From Setoptus koraiensis (Eukaryota; Animalia; Arthropoda), in NCBI GenBank assembly GCA_048013815.1, contig CM106585.1:12090001-12154000 (forward strand): a stretch of DNA of 64,000 nucleotides. Reading direction: 5' to 3'. Numbering within the stretch: the stretch's first letter is position 1; every line of letters starts with the position of its first letter. The notes below the pieces were generated by a model. That model ran no database searches. It had not been told where the DNA came from and saw only the letters and a list, made by a program, of their open reading frames with translations. Position numbers and translations under genes: made by a program. Positions 45,917 through 56,162 of the stretch are shown here, in pieces.

Positions 45917-46258
45917 TCGTGCTGGCCGTCTCTAGAAAAAAAGAAAGAGCATGCATTCTGAATCGAATTTTTCACCGCGCACAACCAAGAGCGATTACAG
46001 CTCCCATGTTGGGGAGACGGGAGTTGTAAAGTTCAGAATTGGCGCAAACCACATGGTCATTGTTTGGGTTCGGCCAACTCTATGACTCACCATGATTAGT
46101 TTCATCACGGTGCCCGAACCAACCCTTTACCCAATCTCTACTGCCATTCTCACTTTCCATCTCTACTCACAATCATATAAACCTGGCGAAACCCCCTTTC
46201 TTAACTATTGTATCTATTGTAACTACTTTTAACACTGTAATTATTCGCAAGAATCACG

Positions 46259-46702
46259 ATGAGTTCTATGAAGCAGAGAGTCCTACTATTTAAAAAGTTA
46301 TCCGACCAAGCTACCATACCTTCCAGAGGCTCAAATTTTTCTGTCGGCTATGATCTACATAGTGCAGAACAGAAGGAGGTTCCACCAAGAGGCAAGGCCA
46401 TGATAAGCACAGGCCTGCAGATGAAACTACCCGAGGGTTGCTATGGCAGAGTGGCACCACGGTCGGGACTTGCATGGAAACATTCGATTGACGTTGGTGC
46501 TGGTGTAATCGATCCTGACTATCGTGGCGAGTTACGCGTGATTTTATTCAATCTAGGCGATGAAACATTCCAAGTGAACAAAGGTGATAGAATTGCCCAG
46601 TTAATTTGTGAACAGGCCCTAATACCTGAAGTACAGGAAGTTACAGGATCGCTTGATGAAACAGAACGTGGCTCAAACGGATTCGGATCAACCGGAGTTT
46701 AA
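46259..46702 (+). CDS. DUT: dUTP pyrophosphatase (trimeric dUTPase), intronless
   Basis: [32 protein letters not shown] and [10 protein letters not shown] motifs; TATAAA at 46176-81. Confidence 0.98.
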   Translation: MSSMKQRVLLFKKLSDQATIPSRGSNFSVGYDLHSAEQKEVPPRGKAMISTGLQMKLPEGCYGRVAPRSGLAWKHSIDVGAGVIDPDYRGELRVILFNLGDETFQVNKGDRIAQLICEQALIPEVQEVTGSLDETERGSNGFGSTGV

Positions 46703-46750
46703 TATTAATGAATGACTTCATCTTTTAGTGAGTTCAATAAAGGCGTGGCT

Positions 46751-47032
46751 CTATCTTCCATCCATGAAGTTTTTTAGGTGAGCCTTAATGGCAGCTTCGC
46801 GCTCATCCACTGGGGGCAAATAGGGCTTACTCTGTGTCTTTATTCTCTGCCTCTCTACATACAACCAGAATTTTTTGCAGTTCCTATAATTTTCAAATTC
46901 ATCAACGCATTGATCGGACTTGTAATGATTTTTCTCTAGACAACTCTGCGACAAAGAGGCCTCCTTCCAACACGGGTTCCGCTCTGGGTCCATGATCGAT
47001 GGCTTCTTTTTGAGTGGATTTGGACTAGACAT
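46751..47032 (-). CDS. CHCHD7: Twin CX9C protein CHCHD7/COX23-like
   Basis: NPC-x9-C...C-x9-C followed by the FW...R...PYLPP..ER motif. Confidence 0.85.
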   Translation of the reverse strand: MSSPNPLKKKPSIMDPERNPCWKEASLSQSCLEKNHYKSDQCVDEFENYRNCKKFWLYVERQRIKTQSKPYLPPVDEREAAIKAHLKNFMDGR

Positions 47033-47185
47033 AGCTAGGGATTAGACAGCCAAGGTCATCCAAAAAGATTTGCCATTCATAATCACATGAATATCACATT
47101 TTTTTCTTCCTATTTCTTCTCAATAAACGTGTTTGTTTGTTATTGTTTTTGAACGCGAAATTTGAAAATGGTGAAAATTTCGTGG

Positions 47186-47204
47186 ATATTCACGACGTGA
47201 ATAT
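47186..47204. promoter_or_regulatory. Perfect palindrome ATATTCACG-A-CGTGAATAT in the CHCHD7/PMPCA bidirectional promoter
   Basis: 9-bp arms with a 1-nt spacer, near the middle of the 349-bp head-to-head gap. Function is inferred. Confidence 0.45.
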
Positions 47205-47381
47205 GTGCATTCTGAGGCATACACAAGCGCTGAATTGTGCGTGTGGGCAGGGGTTTGGTAGGAGAAGTTAGATCACACCCTGTAGGTTCAGCAAACTTTT
47301 CTGGACATGTGTTTAAGAGAGTAAATTTATCTTGTTAGACATTTTACCGACAAGCTCTGGAACAGTTATTATCATATCACA

Positions 47382-48965
47382 ATGAGCTGTCTAAAACACC
47401 GAGCCATGTTTCGCCTTCTTCAGATTAAGAGCGGACCTAGATTAGCACTGGCCAATTTTCAGAGGTCTTACCATCAGCTGACTCCAGAAGAAATTTGTAA
47501 TGTATCTTTGAAGACACCACTCCCAGGCTTCCCTAGAATAATTTACGCCCAACCAAAACATGCATCAGATGCAGAAACAAAAGTGACAATAATGGACAAT
47601 GGCTTACGAGTTGCGTCAGAGAAGAAATTCGGTCAGTATTGCATTGCCGGCGTTGCTATAAATTCGGGTTCACGTTATGAGGTTGCGTACCCTGCTGGCG
47701 TATCTCATTTTATCGAAAGACTGGCATTTAAATCCACACAGATTTATAAGAACAGAGAACACATCCTGGAAGAATTATCAAAATGTGGTGGTACACTGGA
47801 TTGTCAAGGCTCTAGGGATACCCTCATTTACGCTGTTTCTGTTGACAACAAATATCTAGAGCACGCCGTCGAGTTGTTGGGTGAGACTGTTCTCAGACCA
47901 AACCTCACAGAAGAAGAAGTTCTCGACACATCTCACAGATTGGACTATGAGCTCCAAGACATAGCCTTAGACCCCGAGCGAAAGATGCAATTATGTGAAA
48001 TGATACACGCGGCAGCTTACAGACAGAATACTCTCGGATTGCCAAAAGTTTGTCCCAAAGAGAATCTTGATAAAATAAAGAGAGATATGTTATTCACTTA
48101 TATGAAAAATAATCACACCCCGGAGAGGATGGTACTAGCCGGAGTTGGCGTGGAACACGATCGTCTAGTAGAATTCGCTCAAAAACATTTTGTCGACAAA
48201 CCAGCCAGATGGGTTAGTGAACCAAGCCTAGTGTTATCATATCCATCCAGCGTTGACAAATCTATTGCTCAATACACGGGTGGTATGAATGCCATCGAAG
48301 CAGATCTATCAAACGTCAGTCTGGGCCCGACGTCGATGCCAAATCTAGCCCATTTTCAACTTGGCTTTGAGGTATGCTCTCATTTAGAACTGGACGAATT
48401 CGTTGTAGTTTGCGTAATGAACATGCTGATGGGCGGAGGTGGCTCCTTCTCAGCCGGTGGGCCAGGCAAAGGTATGTTTACTAGATTGTTCACGAATGTA
48501 TTAAATCGCCACCATTGGATACAAAATTCTGCGGCACACAACTTTTCCTATGACGATACTGGTATATTCTACATACATTCAAGCTCAGAGCCAAGCCAGC
48601 TTAAAGATTTAGTTGATATTGTTGTATCAGAAACACTCGATATTGCTCATGGTAAAATGGAGCAAGAGGAGTTAGCTCGAGCCAAAAAGCAATTGATTTC
48701 CATGTTATGGTTGAATTTAGAAGTAAGACCCGTTGTGTTTGAAGACATAGCCAGGCAAGTATTGGCCAGTGGATTCCGCAATCAGCCTAAACATTTGATT
48801 AGTAAGATAGAGAAAGTAACTGAGGAGGATATCAGACGAGTAGCCCATAAGATGTTGATGAAAACCCCGGCCGTTGCCTGTCTGGGCAACCTAAAACAAA
48901 TGCCCTCATTAGATTACATAGTGTCTAGGTTTAATGTTGTTACAAGTCATTGTTGTCGTTTGTAA
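47382..48965 (+). CDS. PMPCA: Mitochondrial processing peptidase alpha subunit, intronless
   Basis: NGLRVASE...SGSRYE...GVSHFIERLAF and the glycine-rich loop GGGGSFSAGGPGKGM. Confidence 0.97.
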   Translation: MSCLKHRAMFRLLQIKSGPRLALANFQRSYHQLTPEEICNVSLKTPLPGFPRIIYAQPKHASDAETKVTIMDNGLRVASEKKFGQYCIAGVAINSGSRYEVAYPAGVSHFIERLAFKSTQIYKNREHILEELSKCGGTLDCQGSRDTLIYAVSVDNKYLEHAVELLGETVLRPNLTEEEVLDTSHRLDYELQDIALDPERKMQLCEMIHAAAYRQNTLGLPKVCPKENLDKIKRDMLFTYMKNNHTPERMVLAGVGVEHDRLVEFAQKHFVDKPARWVSEPSLVLSYPSSVDKSIAQYTGGMNAIEADLSNVSLGPTSMPNLAHFQLGFEVCSHLELDEFVVVCVMNMLMGGGGSFSAGGPGKGMFTRLFTNVLNRHHWIQNSAAHNFSYDDTGIFYIHSSSEPSQLKDLVDIVVSETLDIAHGKMEQEELARAKKQLISMLWLNLEVRPVVFEDIARQVLASGFRNQPKHLISKIEKVTEEDIRRVAHKMLMKTPAVACLGNLKQMPSLDYIVSRFNVVTSHCCRL

Positions 48966-49206
48966 ATTGTTAGAGATGGACATCTCTAATTAGCACAATT
49001 ACAAAACATTTAATAAAACACACCAAATACAGACAGCAATCGATATATCGGACTCGATAACAACATTGGCAAAGACGACGTTGATTGGACAAATTCAATT
49101 GACCTCATTGATCCTGTTTAGGGTGTGTGCGTGTGCGTGCGCGTCTTTGCGTGTGTTTGCTTTTGTTTGTAATTAGTGATGATGATTCGCCTTCTTAAAT
49201 AACAAT

Positions 49207-49487
49207 CTAATCACCAGTCATCATTTCCATGAATTCATCGAAATCAACTGTTCCGGAGCCGTCTGTATCAATTTCGGCGATCATTTCGTCGAGCTCATCG
49301 TTTGTTAGTTTGTCGTCCAACGCGCGAAGAATTTCTCTAAGTGCACTTGTTGGTATATATCCATTTCCTTCTTTGTCGTACATGCGGAAAGCCTCGCGAA
49401 GCTCCTCTTGCATTGCCTCGGTATCTTCCTCGACCAAGAATTTAGCTGTCAGAGTCAAGAATTCATCGAACTCTACCTCGCCGGAGC
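49207..49487 (-). CDS. TnC: Troponin C, exon 2
   Basis: [45 protein letters not shown]...[20 protein letters not shown]; CAG acceptor, phase 1. Confidence 0.92.
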
Positions 49488-49600
49488 CTGTTATAGGTTT
49501 ACGTGGAAGGTTGTATTGAGATTTCGACTCGAGTTAGAATAAATGTTGGTCAGCAATCTTAGTGTTGGTATCTATCAGCTTTGGTCTGCTCCCAACTTAC

Positions 49601-49781
49601 CGTCGGCATCTATCTCTTTTATAAGCGCCTGTAGCTCTTTTTCCTCGAAACTCTGGCCTAAAGTTCTCAAGATGGTAGACACCATGTTGGTGTGGATGCA
49701 ACCGCGTTTTTCACGGTCGAACATATCAAACGCTTTTCTAAGCATCTGAACTTGTTCTTTTGTTAATTCTTCGACTGACAT
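49601..49781 (-). CDS. TnC: Troponin C, exon 1
   Basis: MSVEELTKEQVQMLRKAFDMFD...EIDAD; donor GTAAGT; 113-bp intron. Confidence 0.92.
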
Positions 49782-50627
49782 ATTTGCTGATAAATTTTTG
49801 TTTTTATTTACTTCCTGCTATTAGATTAGATCAACACTACGAGCGCTAGGTTTCCTCTGGCGGTCTAAGGTTGATTTGGTTGGAAAAATTATCGATGATA
49901 GATAGTTAAATTCGGATATAAAAGATACAATAATAATAATAATAAAAAGATAAGTTGAAGATTGCACAGTAAAGTAGGTGTAGAGGATAACGAAGGAATT
50001 TATTTATTTACTGGGAACAATTCATCACCTGGAGATTTATTATCGATGAGAATCCTTGATGTGTTACGACAGAAATTCTTTCGTTAATTTTTTGTTCTCA
50101 AATCAAGACTAAAGCTAATTAAACGATGACGACCTCAACATAGCTCGCTCGCGTCTAGTTGTTCTTGGGCGTTATCGCATAGCGAATTCTTTCTTTGCTC
50201 TAGTTCCAGTCATTATCATAGTCCGTCATATTATCATAGCGCAAGCAGCAGTAGTACAAGCGTCCCAGTAGATAGCAAGTAGATAAGTTTCGTGCCTCAG
50301 CAAGAATGGAATTTGAGTTTGCCATTCTTTGAGATTATACGATACGGTTGTCACTATATCAGCGTCGAGACTTGGTAGGAATGAAGACATGGAACATAGC
50401 TAGCTTCGAAGATGTTTGTGTGCTTCTGTTTCAGTTATAAAGCAGCTAACTATGTGGCAAATATCCAAAAAAGGCGATACTTATAATAGCTACGACAGCG
50501 AGCACTAACTTAACTTAACTTATGAGCAACAAAGTTTGGCTTCCTGCCAAGATTATTGCGCCTAGGCGCCAATATGTAAATAGACGCCTAGACTCGACAC
50601 ACACGCACACGAATGGAATAACACATT

Positions 50628-50637
50628 CCATATATGG
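50628..50637. promoter_or_regulatory. Perfect CArG box CCATATATGG (SRF consensus) between troponin C and the titin-like gene
   Basis: Exact CC(A/T)6GG match 190 bp upstream of the titin-like ATG. Confidence 0.55.
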
Positions 50638-50826
50638 ACGATGAGAGAGGAAAAAACGGTCTAACCAGGACAGACACAACTAGAAAATTGTTGACACTGC
50701 TAATGTGACCCAGTAACAGAGTTAGAAATTCATTATTTACAACCAGTGTAACCAGTGTTGGAATTATACATTGAACTATATTGAGCAAGCCCGGCGGCTA
50801 CGACAAACCGACAGGCAGCAGAAGAA

Positions 50827-53800
50827 ATGGACTATTGTCGTTTGACACCTGTCGAAGATGGACACTATCAAATAGAGCACTTTTACAGCGGGGATAGAGC
50901 CCATTCGCCCCAAACGATATCAGCATATCAACAGCACCAACACCAGCAATTATTTAATACATTTGAGGACGATGCCGAGCATCAGAATTGTCGCGTTGAG
51001 TGCTTCCATTATAGAGAGCCCCTAGCGGCGGGTTCGCGAAGCATAACAATAGACATTGATCATATGTGCCCAGAACATTCTGGCCTATATACCGTGCGTG
51101 TGAGTAAATGCTCGTGCAGAGAAGCCCATGCAGATTCTCTCCATTTGGAGCCGCTACCAAAATTGCAACAAATAGAATGGAATGAAACAAAGGTACATTC
51201 GGACTCACAATCCGAGCAAACCTACCAGAGGCCCGTATTTACACAACAAATATACCCAGAGAGCATATATGCGCAAGAGAATGACACTGTGGAATTTCAA
51301 TGTCACCTCATACCTATAGATGACCCATCGCTAAAGGTGGAATGGTTCGTGAATAACAAAGCATTGCAAAATGGTTCACGCTTTTTGTCAGAGCATGAAT
51401 TTGGCTTAGTCCGATTGAGAATTAAACATTTGAATTTTGAAGATTCTGGCCTCTATGAATGTCGGGCCAGAAATCATGCAGGCGAGGCCATCTCGTCGGC
51501 TGTGCTGCGTGTTGAATCACGCGAAAACGTCCAATCCGAATCATTACATCCCATAGGTTTGGAGAAAATAAGACAATTGGAGGAACACAAGGAGCTGGTA
51601 TACACAGAAGAGTACAAGGTAGAGCAGGCTCCCAAATTTTTGACACACATACAGCCGGATTATGATGAAAAACAAGAGGGCGACGCACTTCATTTTGAGT
51701 GCCGCTTGGCCCCATTGAGTGATCCAGACCTCAAAATTGAATGGTATTTCAATGGACGGCCACTGATGACGGGATCTCGTGTGCACACATTTGACGATTT
51801 TAGTTTTGTCATGTTGGATATAGATTACCTATATACGCGTGACACAGGTGAATATATGTGCAGAGCAACAAACAAATATGGTCAAGACATGACTCAGGCT
51901 GTGGTGCGCGTCAAACCTGACAAAAAGGTTGTGTGCGAAAGCCAACTAGAAAAACCCTTGTCTGCCGATAGATTACGCCAGTTGGAATATTCTGAGGTTC
52001 CTGAGAAATTGGTCATTGCAAAGCCCGACCAACCGGCCCGTTTTATCACACCAATCATTGTAAAGCCAGGCCACTCATTACAAGAGGGTGATACGGTTCA
52101 TATGGAGTGTCATGTGTCCCCAGCTACAGATGGTCTGTTGGAAGTAGAATGGTTTCACGATGGCAGCCCGTTAATTAGTGGTCATCGCTTTAGACCTGTA
52201 TACGAGTTTGGTTACGTGGCGTTGAGCATTCACCACGTGTACCCAGAAGATTCTGGCCTATACACGGTTCGTGCCAGCCATCGAGAATTAAACCAAATGG
52301 CTGAGCTGAGCGTCACGATCCATGTTGATGGCCTTAGTAATGTACAGACTGATTCACTACATCTAGAAGCACTACCCAAATTGCAACAACTAGAATCGGG
52401 TGTCCAAGTTCATCCAGACCCGCAACGTGAACAAACCTATCAGAGACCAGTATTTACACAACAAGTATCCCCAGATAGCATATATGCTCAAGAGAACGAC
52501 ACAGTGGAATTTCAATGTCACCTCATACCTATAGAGGATCCATCGCTCAAGGTAGAATGGTTTGTAGATAATGTGCCCTTACAAACTGGTTCACGTTTCA
52601 TGTCCGAGCATGAATTTGGCTTAGTGCGCCTTAGGATTACTCATTTGAATTTTGAAGATTCTGGCGTTTACCAGTGCCGTGCCGAAAATAATGCAGGCGA
52701 GGCTGTTTCTACTGCAGTGCTGCGGGTTGAGCCCCGCGAAAATGTACAATCCGAATCATTACATCCCATAGGCTTGGAGAAAATACGACAACTAGAGCAA
52801 CCAAAAGAGTTGGAGTATGCCGAGGAGCAAAAGATAGAGCAGGCTCCGAAATTCTTGACGCACATACAGCCGGATTATGTTGAAAAACAAGAAGGCGACT
52901 CTGTTCATTTCGAGTGTCGCTTAGCGCCTCTGGGCGATCCAGACCTCAAAACCGAGTGGTATTTTAACGGACGGCCACTTGTTACTGGATCTCGTATTCA
53001 CACGCTCGATGATTTTGGTTTTGTTTTGTTCGATATAGATTACCTATATCCGCGCGACACAGGTGAATATATGTGCAGAGCAACAAACAAGTACGGACAG
53101 GACATCACCTCAGTTGTCGTGCGCGTAAAACCTGATAAAAATGTTGTGTGTGAGAGCCAACTAGAGAAACCCTTGTCTGCCGATAGACTGCGTCAGTTGG
53201 AATATCCTGACGTTCCTGAGGAGTTGGTCATCGAAAAGCCTGACCATCCGGCCCGTTTTGTCACACCAATCATTGTTAAACCCGGCTTTGAATTGCAAGA
53301 GGGTGACACTGTTCATATGGAATGTCATGTAGCCCCGGCTACCGATGGCCTTTTAGATGTGGAATGGTTCCACAATGACAGGCCACTAATTAGTGGCCAC
53401 CGCTTTAGACCTATCTACGAGTTTGGCTATGTAGCGTTGGACATTTTGTACGTGTACCCAGAGGACAGTGGCGAATATAGGTGTGTTGCCACAAACAAAA
53501 TGGGACAAGATGTCACTAGCACGGTGTTGACTGTGCACGGAAAACAGTCCATTATATACAAATCCCAATTGCCTAAAGAGATGGAGCATGGCGTGGATAA
53601 AATAATTCAAATGGAAGCGAGCTGGAATCGCACCCCTGACGCTGAGGAACCCGAAGCGGCGCTTGAAAAAATGGCCCCTCAGTTTGTGCTGAAACCAAAG
53701 CCGGTGGTTGCCTTCGAGGGCTCTTGTGCCAGATTTTGCTGTCGTATAATCGGCCATCCGAGGCCACGGCTGATCTGGGTAGTCAATGGCCAGACTGTTG

Positions 53801-55788
53801 TGACAGGCAGCCGATACAAGCTAACCTACGATGGAATGTATCATTTAGACATACTGAAATGTCGCCTAACCGACCAAGGCAAGATAGAGGTTTATGCGCG
53901 AAACATAGCAGGCGAGTGCTTTTGTACTACTCAATTGGTTGTGCAGCATCGTGTGGACGATTATAGGAACGTTCTTAAAAATTCTCCCAGGCCCTGGTAT
54001 GATGAACAATCGCTGAAAGTTTATCAGCGACAACGATCCCAAGAGGAGGAACCGCAAGAGGAGGAGCCCTCACACCAGCACCGTCAAGTGAGGCAGGCAC
54101 CATCAGAGACTTTTGTCATTGGCAAGGTCACACAGGTTGAGCTTATAGAAGACGATGATCAGCACCACCAACAGCAACTGGAGCTCGAGAAACAACAACT
54201 ACTACAGCAGCAGCAACAACAACAACAACTGCAGCAACAACAGCAGATCGTGCACGAGCAGCGTCAGATAGGACAGACAACATCTGAGACTGCAGTACAT
54301 GTCAAGGAGGTGCAGCAAGAGCAGCAGGAGCCCCAACAACAACAACTACAGTGGCAGCAACAACTACAGAAGGAGAAACAAGAGGAGCACAAGAAACTAC
54401 AGCGTCAACAGCAACTACAACAGCAACAACAAAAACAGCAACAACAGCAGGAAAAACACCACGAGCAACTACAGTGGCAGCAACAACTACAGAAGGAGAA
54501 ACAAGAGGAGCACCAGAAACTACAGCGGCAACAACAACTACAACAGCAACAACAAAAGCAACAACAACAACAATTACAGCAAGAAAAACACCAGGAGCAC
54601 CTACATTGGCAGCAGCAACTACAGAGGGAAAAACAACAGGAGCAACAGCAACTACTACAGCAACAACAACTGCTACGGCAGCAACAACAACTACAGCAAC
54701 AACAACTACTACAGCAGGAAAAACACCAGGAGCAACTGCATTGGCAGCAACAACTGCAGCTGGAAAAACAACAGGAGCAACAGCAACTACTACAGCGACA
54801 ACAGCAACTGCAACAGCAAAAAGAATTAGAGCAGCAACAGCAACTACAACAACAGCAACAACTACGGCAACAACAACAACAACTACAGCAGCAAAGGGAC
54901 CTAGAGCAGCAACAAAAACTACAACAGCAACAACAACTACAGCAACAACAACAACTACATCAACAACAACAACTACAACAGCAAAGAGAACTGGAGCAGC
55001 AACAGAAACTACAACAGGAACAACTGCAACAACAACAAAAACGACGACAACAACAGATTTTGCAGCAACAGCAGCTTTTGCAGCAGCAGCAACGCCAGAT
55101 GAGACAGGCGACGCCAGAAAGTGTTGTTCACGGCAAGGAGATACACTCACATACGACCAAACAAACACAATTAGAACGGAGGGAGAATCAAGAAATCACT
55201 AGGCATATAATAGAAAAAGAGACCATAGAACAGGAGCACAAGGGCATCACGCAAGAGCGCGTAGTGTTGTGCGAGCCCTCTTTACCCAGGCCCCTCGTAG
55301 GCAAAGCAGTGGAAGCATCAAGCAAATCATATGGTAATGCGAGCGCTTTGACAACTGGGCCCCAGCAGAAGCCTAGCGCTACGTGGGGCGGCACGAAAAC
55401 GATAACAACCGTCTGTCAGAGTGCCAGCCAGAAACAGCAGATAAGTAAACAACAACAAGAGGCAGCACAGCAGCAGCAGCAGCCTATTCCGCCGGAGTTT
55501 ATCAGAAAAATTCAGCCCTGTAGGGCGTTCGATGGACAAAGCGCACAGTTTGTATGCAGCTTCATTGGGGAACCCAAGCCCACTATTACGTGGTACCGCG
55601 AAAGTAAACCCATTAAGCCTTCGAATCTATACCATATAACGACTGATGAGGCAAGTGGGGAAAACAGTTCCGTGCTGACCATCACCCGGGTTACCTATCT
55701 GGATAATACCGTATATACAGTGAAAGCGGAAAACATAGGAGGCAGCGCCAAGAGTTCGGCCAATTTGATAGTATCGCCACTGAGTTGA
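50827..55788 (+). CDS. sls: Single-exon sallimus/kettin-like mini-titin: 8 I-set Ig domains plus a long Gln-rich segment (orthology versus paralogy uncertain)
   Basis: Repeated PxF...C...W...DSGxYxC Ig modules with kettin-type linkers (GLEKIRQLE, ADRLRQLE) and a KNSPRPWYD motif; AATAAA at 55814-19. Confidence 0.85.
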   Translation: MDYCRLTPVEDGHYQIEHFYSGDRAHSPQTISAYQQHQHQQLFNTFEDDAEHQNCRVECFHYREPLAAGSRSITIDIDHMCPEHSGLYTVRVSKCSCREAHADSLHLEPLPKLQQIEWNETKVHSDSQSEQTYQRPVFTQQIYPESIYAQENDTVEFQCHLIPIDDPSLKVEWFVNNKALQNGSRFLSEHEFGLVRLRIKHLNFEDSGLYECRARNHAGEAISSAVLRVESRENVQSESLHPIGLEKIRQLEEHKELVYTEEYKVEQAPKFLTHIQPDYDEKQEGDALHFECRLAPLSDPDLKIEWYFNGRPLMTGSRVHTFDDFSFVMLDIDYLYTRDTGEYMCRATNKYGQDMTQAVVRVKPDKKVVCESQLEKPLSADRLRQLEYSEVPEKLVIAKPDQPARFITPIIVKPGHSLQEGDTVHMECHVSPATDGLLEVEWFHDGSPLISGHRFRPVYEFGYVALSIHHVYPEDSGLYTVRASHRELNQMAELSVTIHVDGLSNVQTDSLHLEALPKLQQLESGVQVHPDPQREQTYQRPVFTQQVSPDSIYAQENDTVEFQCHLIPIEDPSLKVEWFVDNVPLQTGSRFMSEHEFGLVRLRITHLNFEDSGVYQCRAENNAGEAVSTAVLRVEPRENVQSESLHPIGLEKIRQLEQPKELEYAEEQKIEQAPKFLTHIQPDYVEKQEGDSVHFECRLAPLGDPDLKTEWYFNGRPLVTGSRIHTLDDFGFVLFDIDYLYPRDTGEYMCRATNKYGQDITSVVVRVKPDKNVVCESQLEKPLSADRLRQLEYPDVPEELVIEKPDHPARFVTPIIVKPGFELQEGDTVHMECHVAPATDGLLDVEWFHNDRPLISGHRFRPIYEFGYVALDILYVYPEDSGEYRCVATNKMGQDVTSTVLTVHGKQSIIYKSQLPKEMEHGVDKIIQMEASWNRTPDAEEPEAALEKMAPQFVLKPKPVVAFEGSCARFCCRIIGHPRPRLIWVVNGQTVVTGSRYKLTYDGMYHLDILKCRLTDQGKIEVYARNIAGECFCTTQLVVQHRVDDYRNVLKNSPRPWYDEQSLKVYQRQRSQEEEPQEEEPSHQHRQVRQAPSETFVIGKVTQVELIEDDDQHHQQQLELEKQQLLQQQQQQQQLQQQQQIVHEQRQIGQTTSETAVHVKEVQQEQQEPQQQQLQWQQQLQKEKQEEHKKLQRQQQLQQQQQKQQQQQEKHHEQLQWQQQLQKEKQEEHQKLQRQQQLQQQQQKQQQQQLQQEKHQEHLHWQQQLQREKQQEQQQLLQQQQLLRQQQQLQQQQLLQQEKHQEQLHWQQQLQLEKQQEQQQLLQRQQQLQQQKELEQQQQLQQQQQLRQQQQQLQQQRDLEQQQKLQQQQQLQQQQQLHQQQQLQQQRELEQQQKLQQEQLQQQQKRRQQQILQQQQLLQQQQRQMRQATPESVVHGKEIHSHTTKQTQLERRENQEITRHIIEKETIEQEHKGITQERVVLCEPSLPRPLVGKAVEASSKSYGNASALTTGPQQKPSATWGGTKTITTVCQSASQKQQISKQQQEAAQQQQQPIPPEFIRKIQPCRAFDGQSAQFVCSFIGEPKPTITWYRESKPIKPSNLYHITTDEASGENSSVLTITRVTYLDNTVYTVKAENIGGSAKSSANLIVSPLS

Positions 55789-56162
55789 GAGAAAGAAAGA
55801 AAGAAGAAATAATAATAAAACCTATTTGTGCAGTTGCACAAGAAAGAAATTTACCCCGCGAGACTCGTTGTCAAATTAGAATTATGTAATAGACTCCAGA
55901 GAGAGACAAACACGTACCGTTGTCGCACCGTCTGTCGAGCCCCGTCATATAATATAATACATATGTGTAAGACGGTATACGGCAATTGCATAAGAGAATC
56001 GTAAATTATACCAGCTCCACGAGTGTCGCAACGGCTGTCTCGGTAACGCATCGAGGAAATTCGATTTTCTCGCGTAATGAAAGCCAATAAAAACAACTTA
56101 GAGACGGCTTAATATATTTCGCCTATTTCGCGCTGTCGTCTAACACGCGCCTTTCAGACATA

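Noticed and set aside
41602-46702. Horizontal transfer of the intronless ALAS or dUTPase from bacteria or viruses
   Set aside because: ALAS has a presequence-like N-terminus and the animal C-terminal CXXC extension, and neighbouring core eukaryotic genes are equally intronless, so intron loss is sufficient.
54299-55202. Alternative-frame and antisense ORFs (N-, T- and V-rich) in the titin-like gene
   Set aside because: Frame-shifted readings of the CAA/CAG tract.
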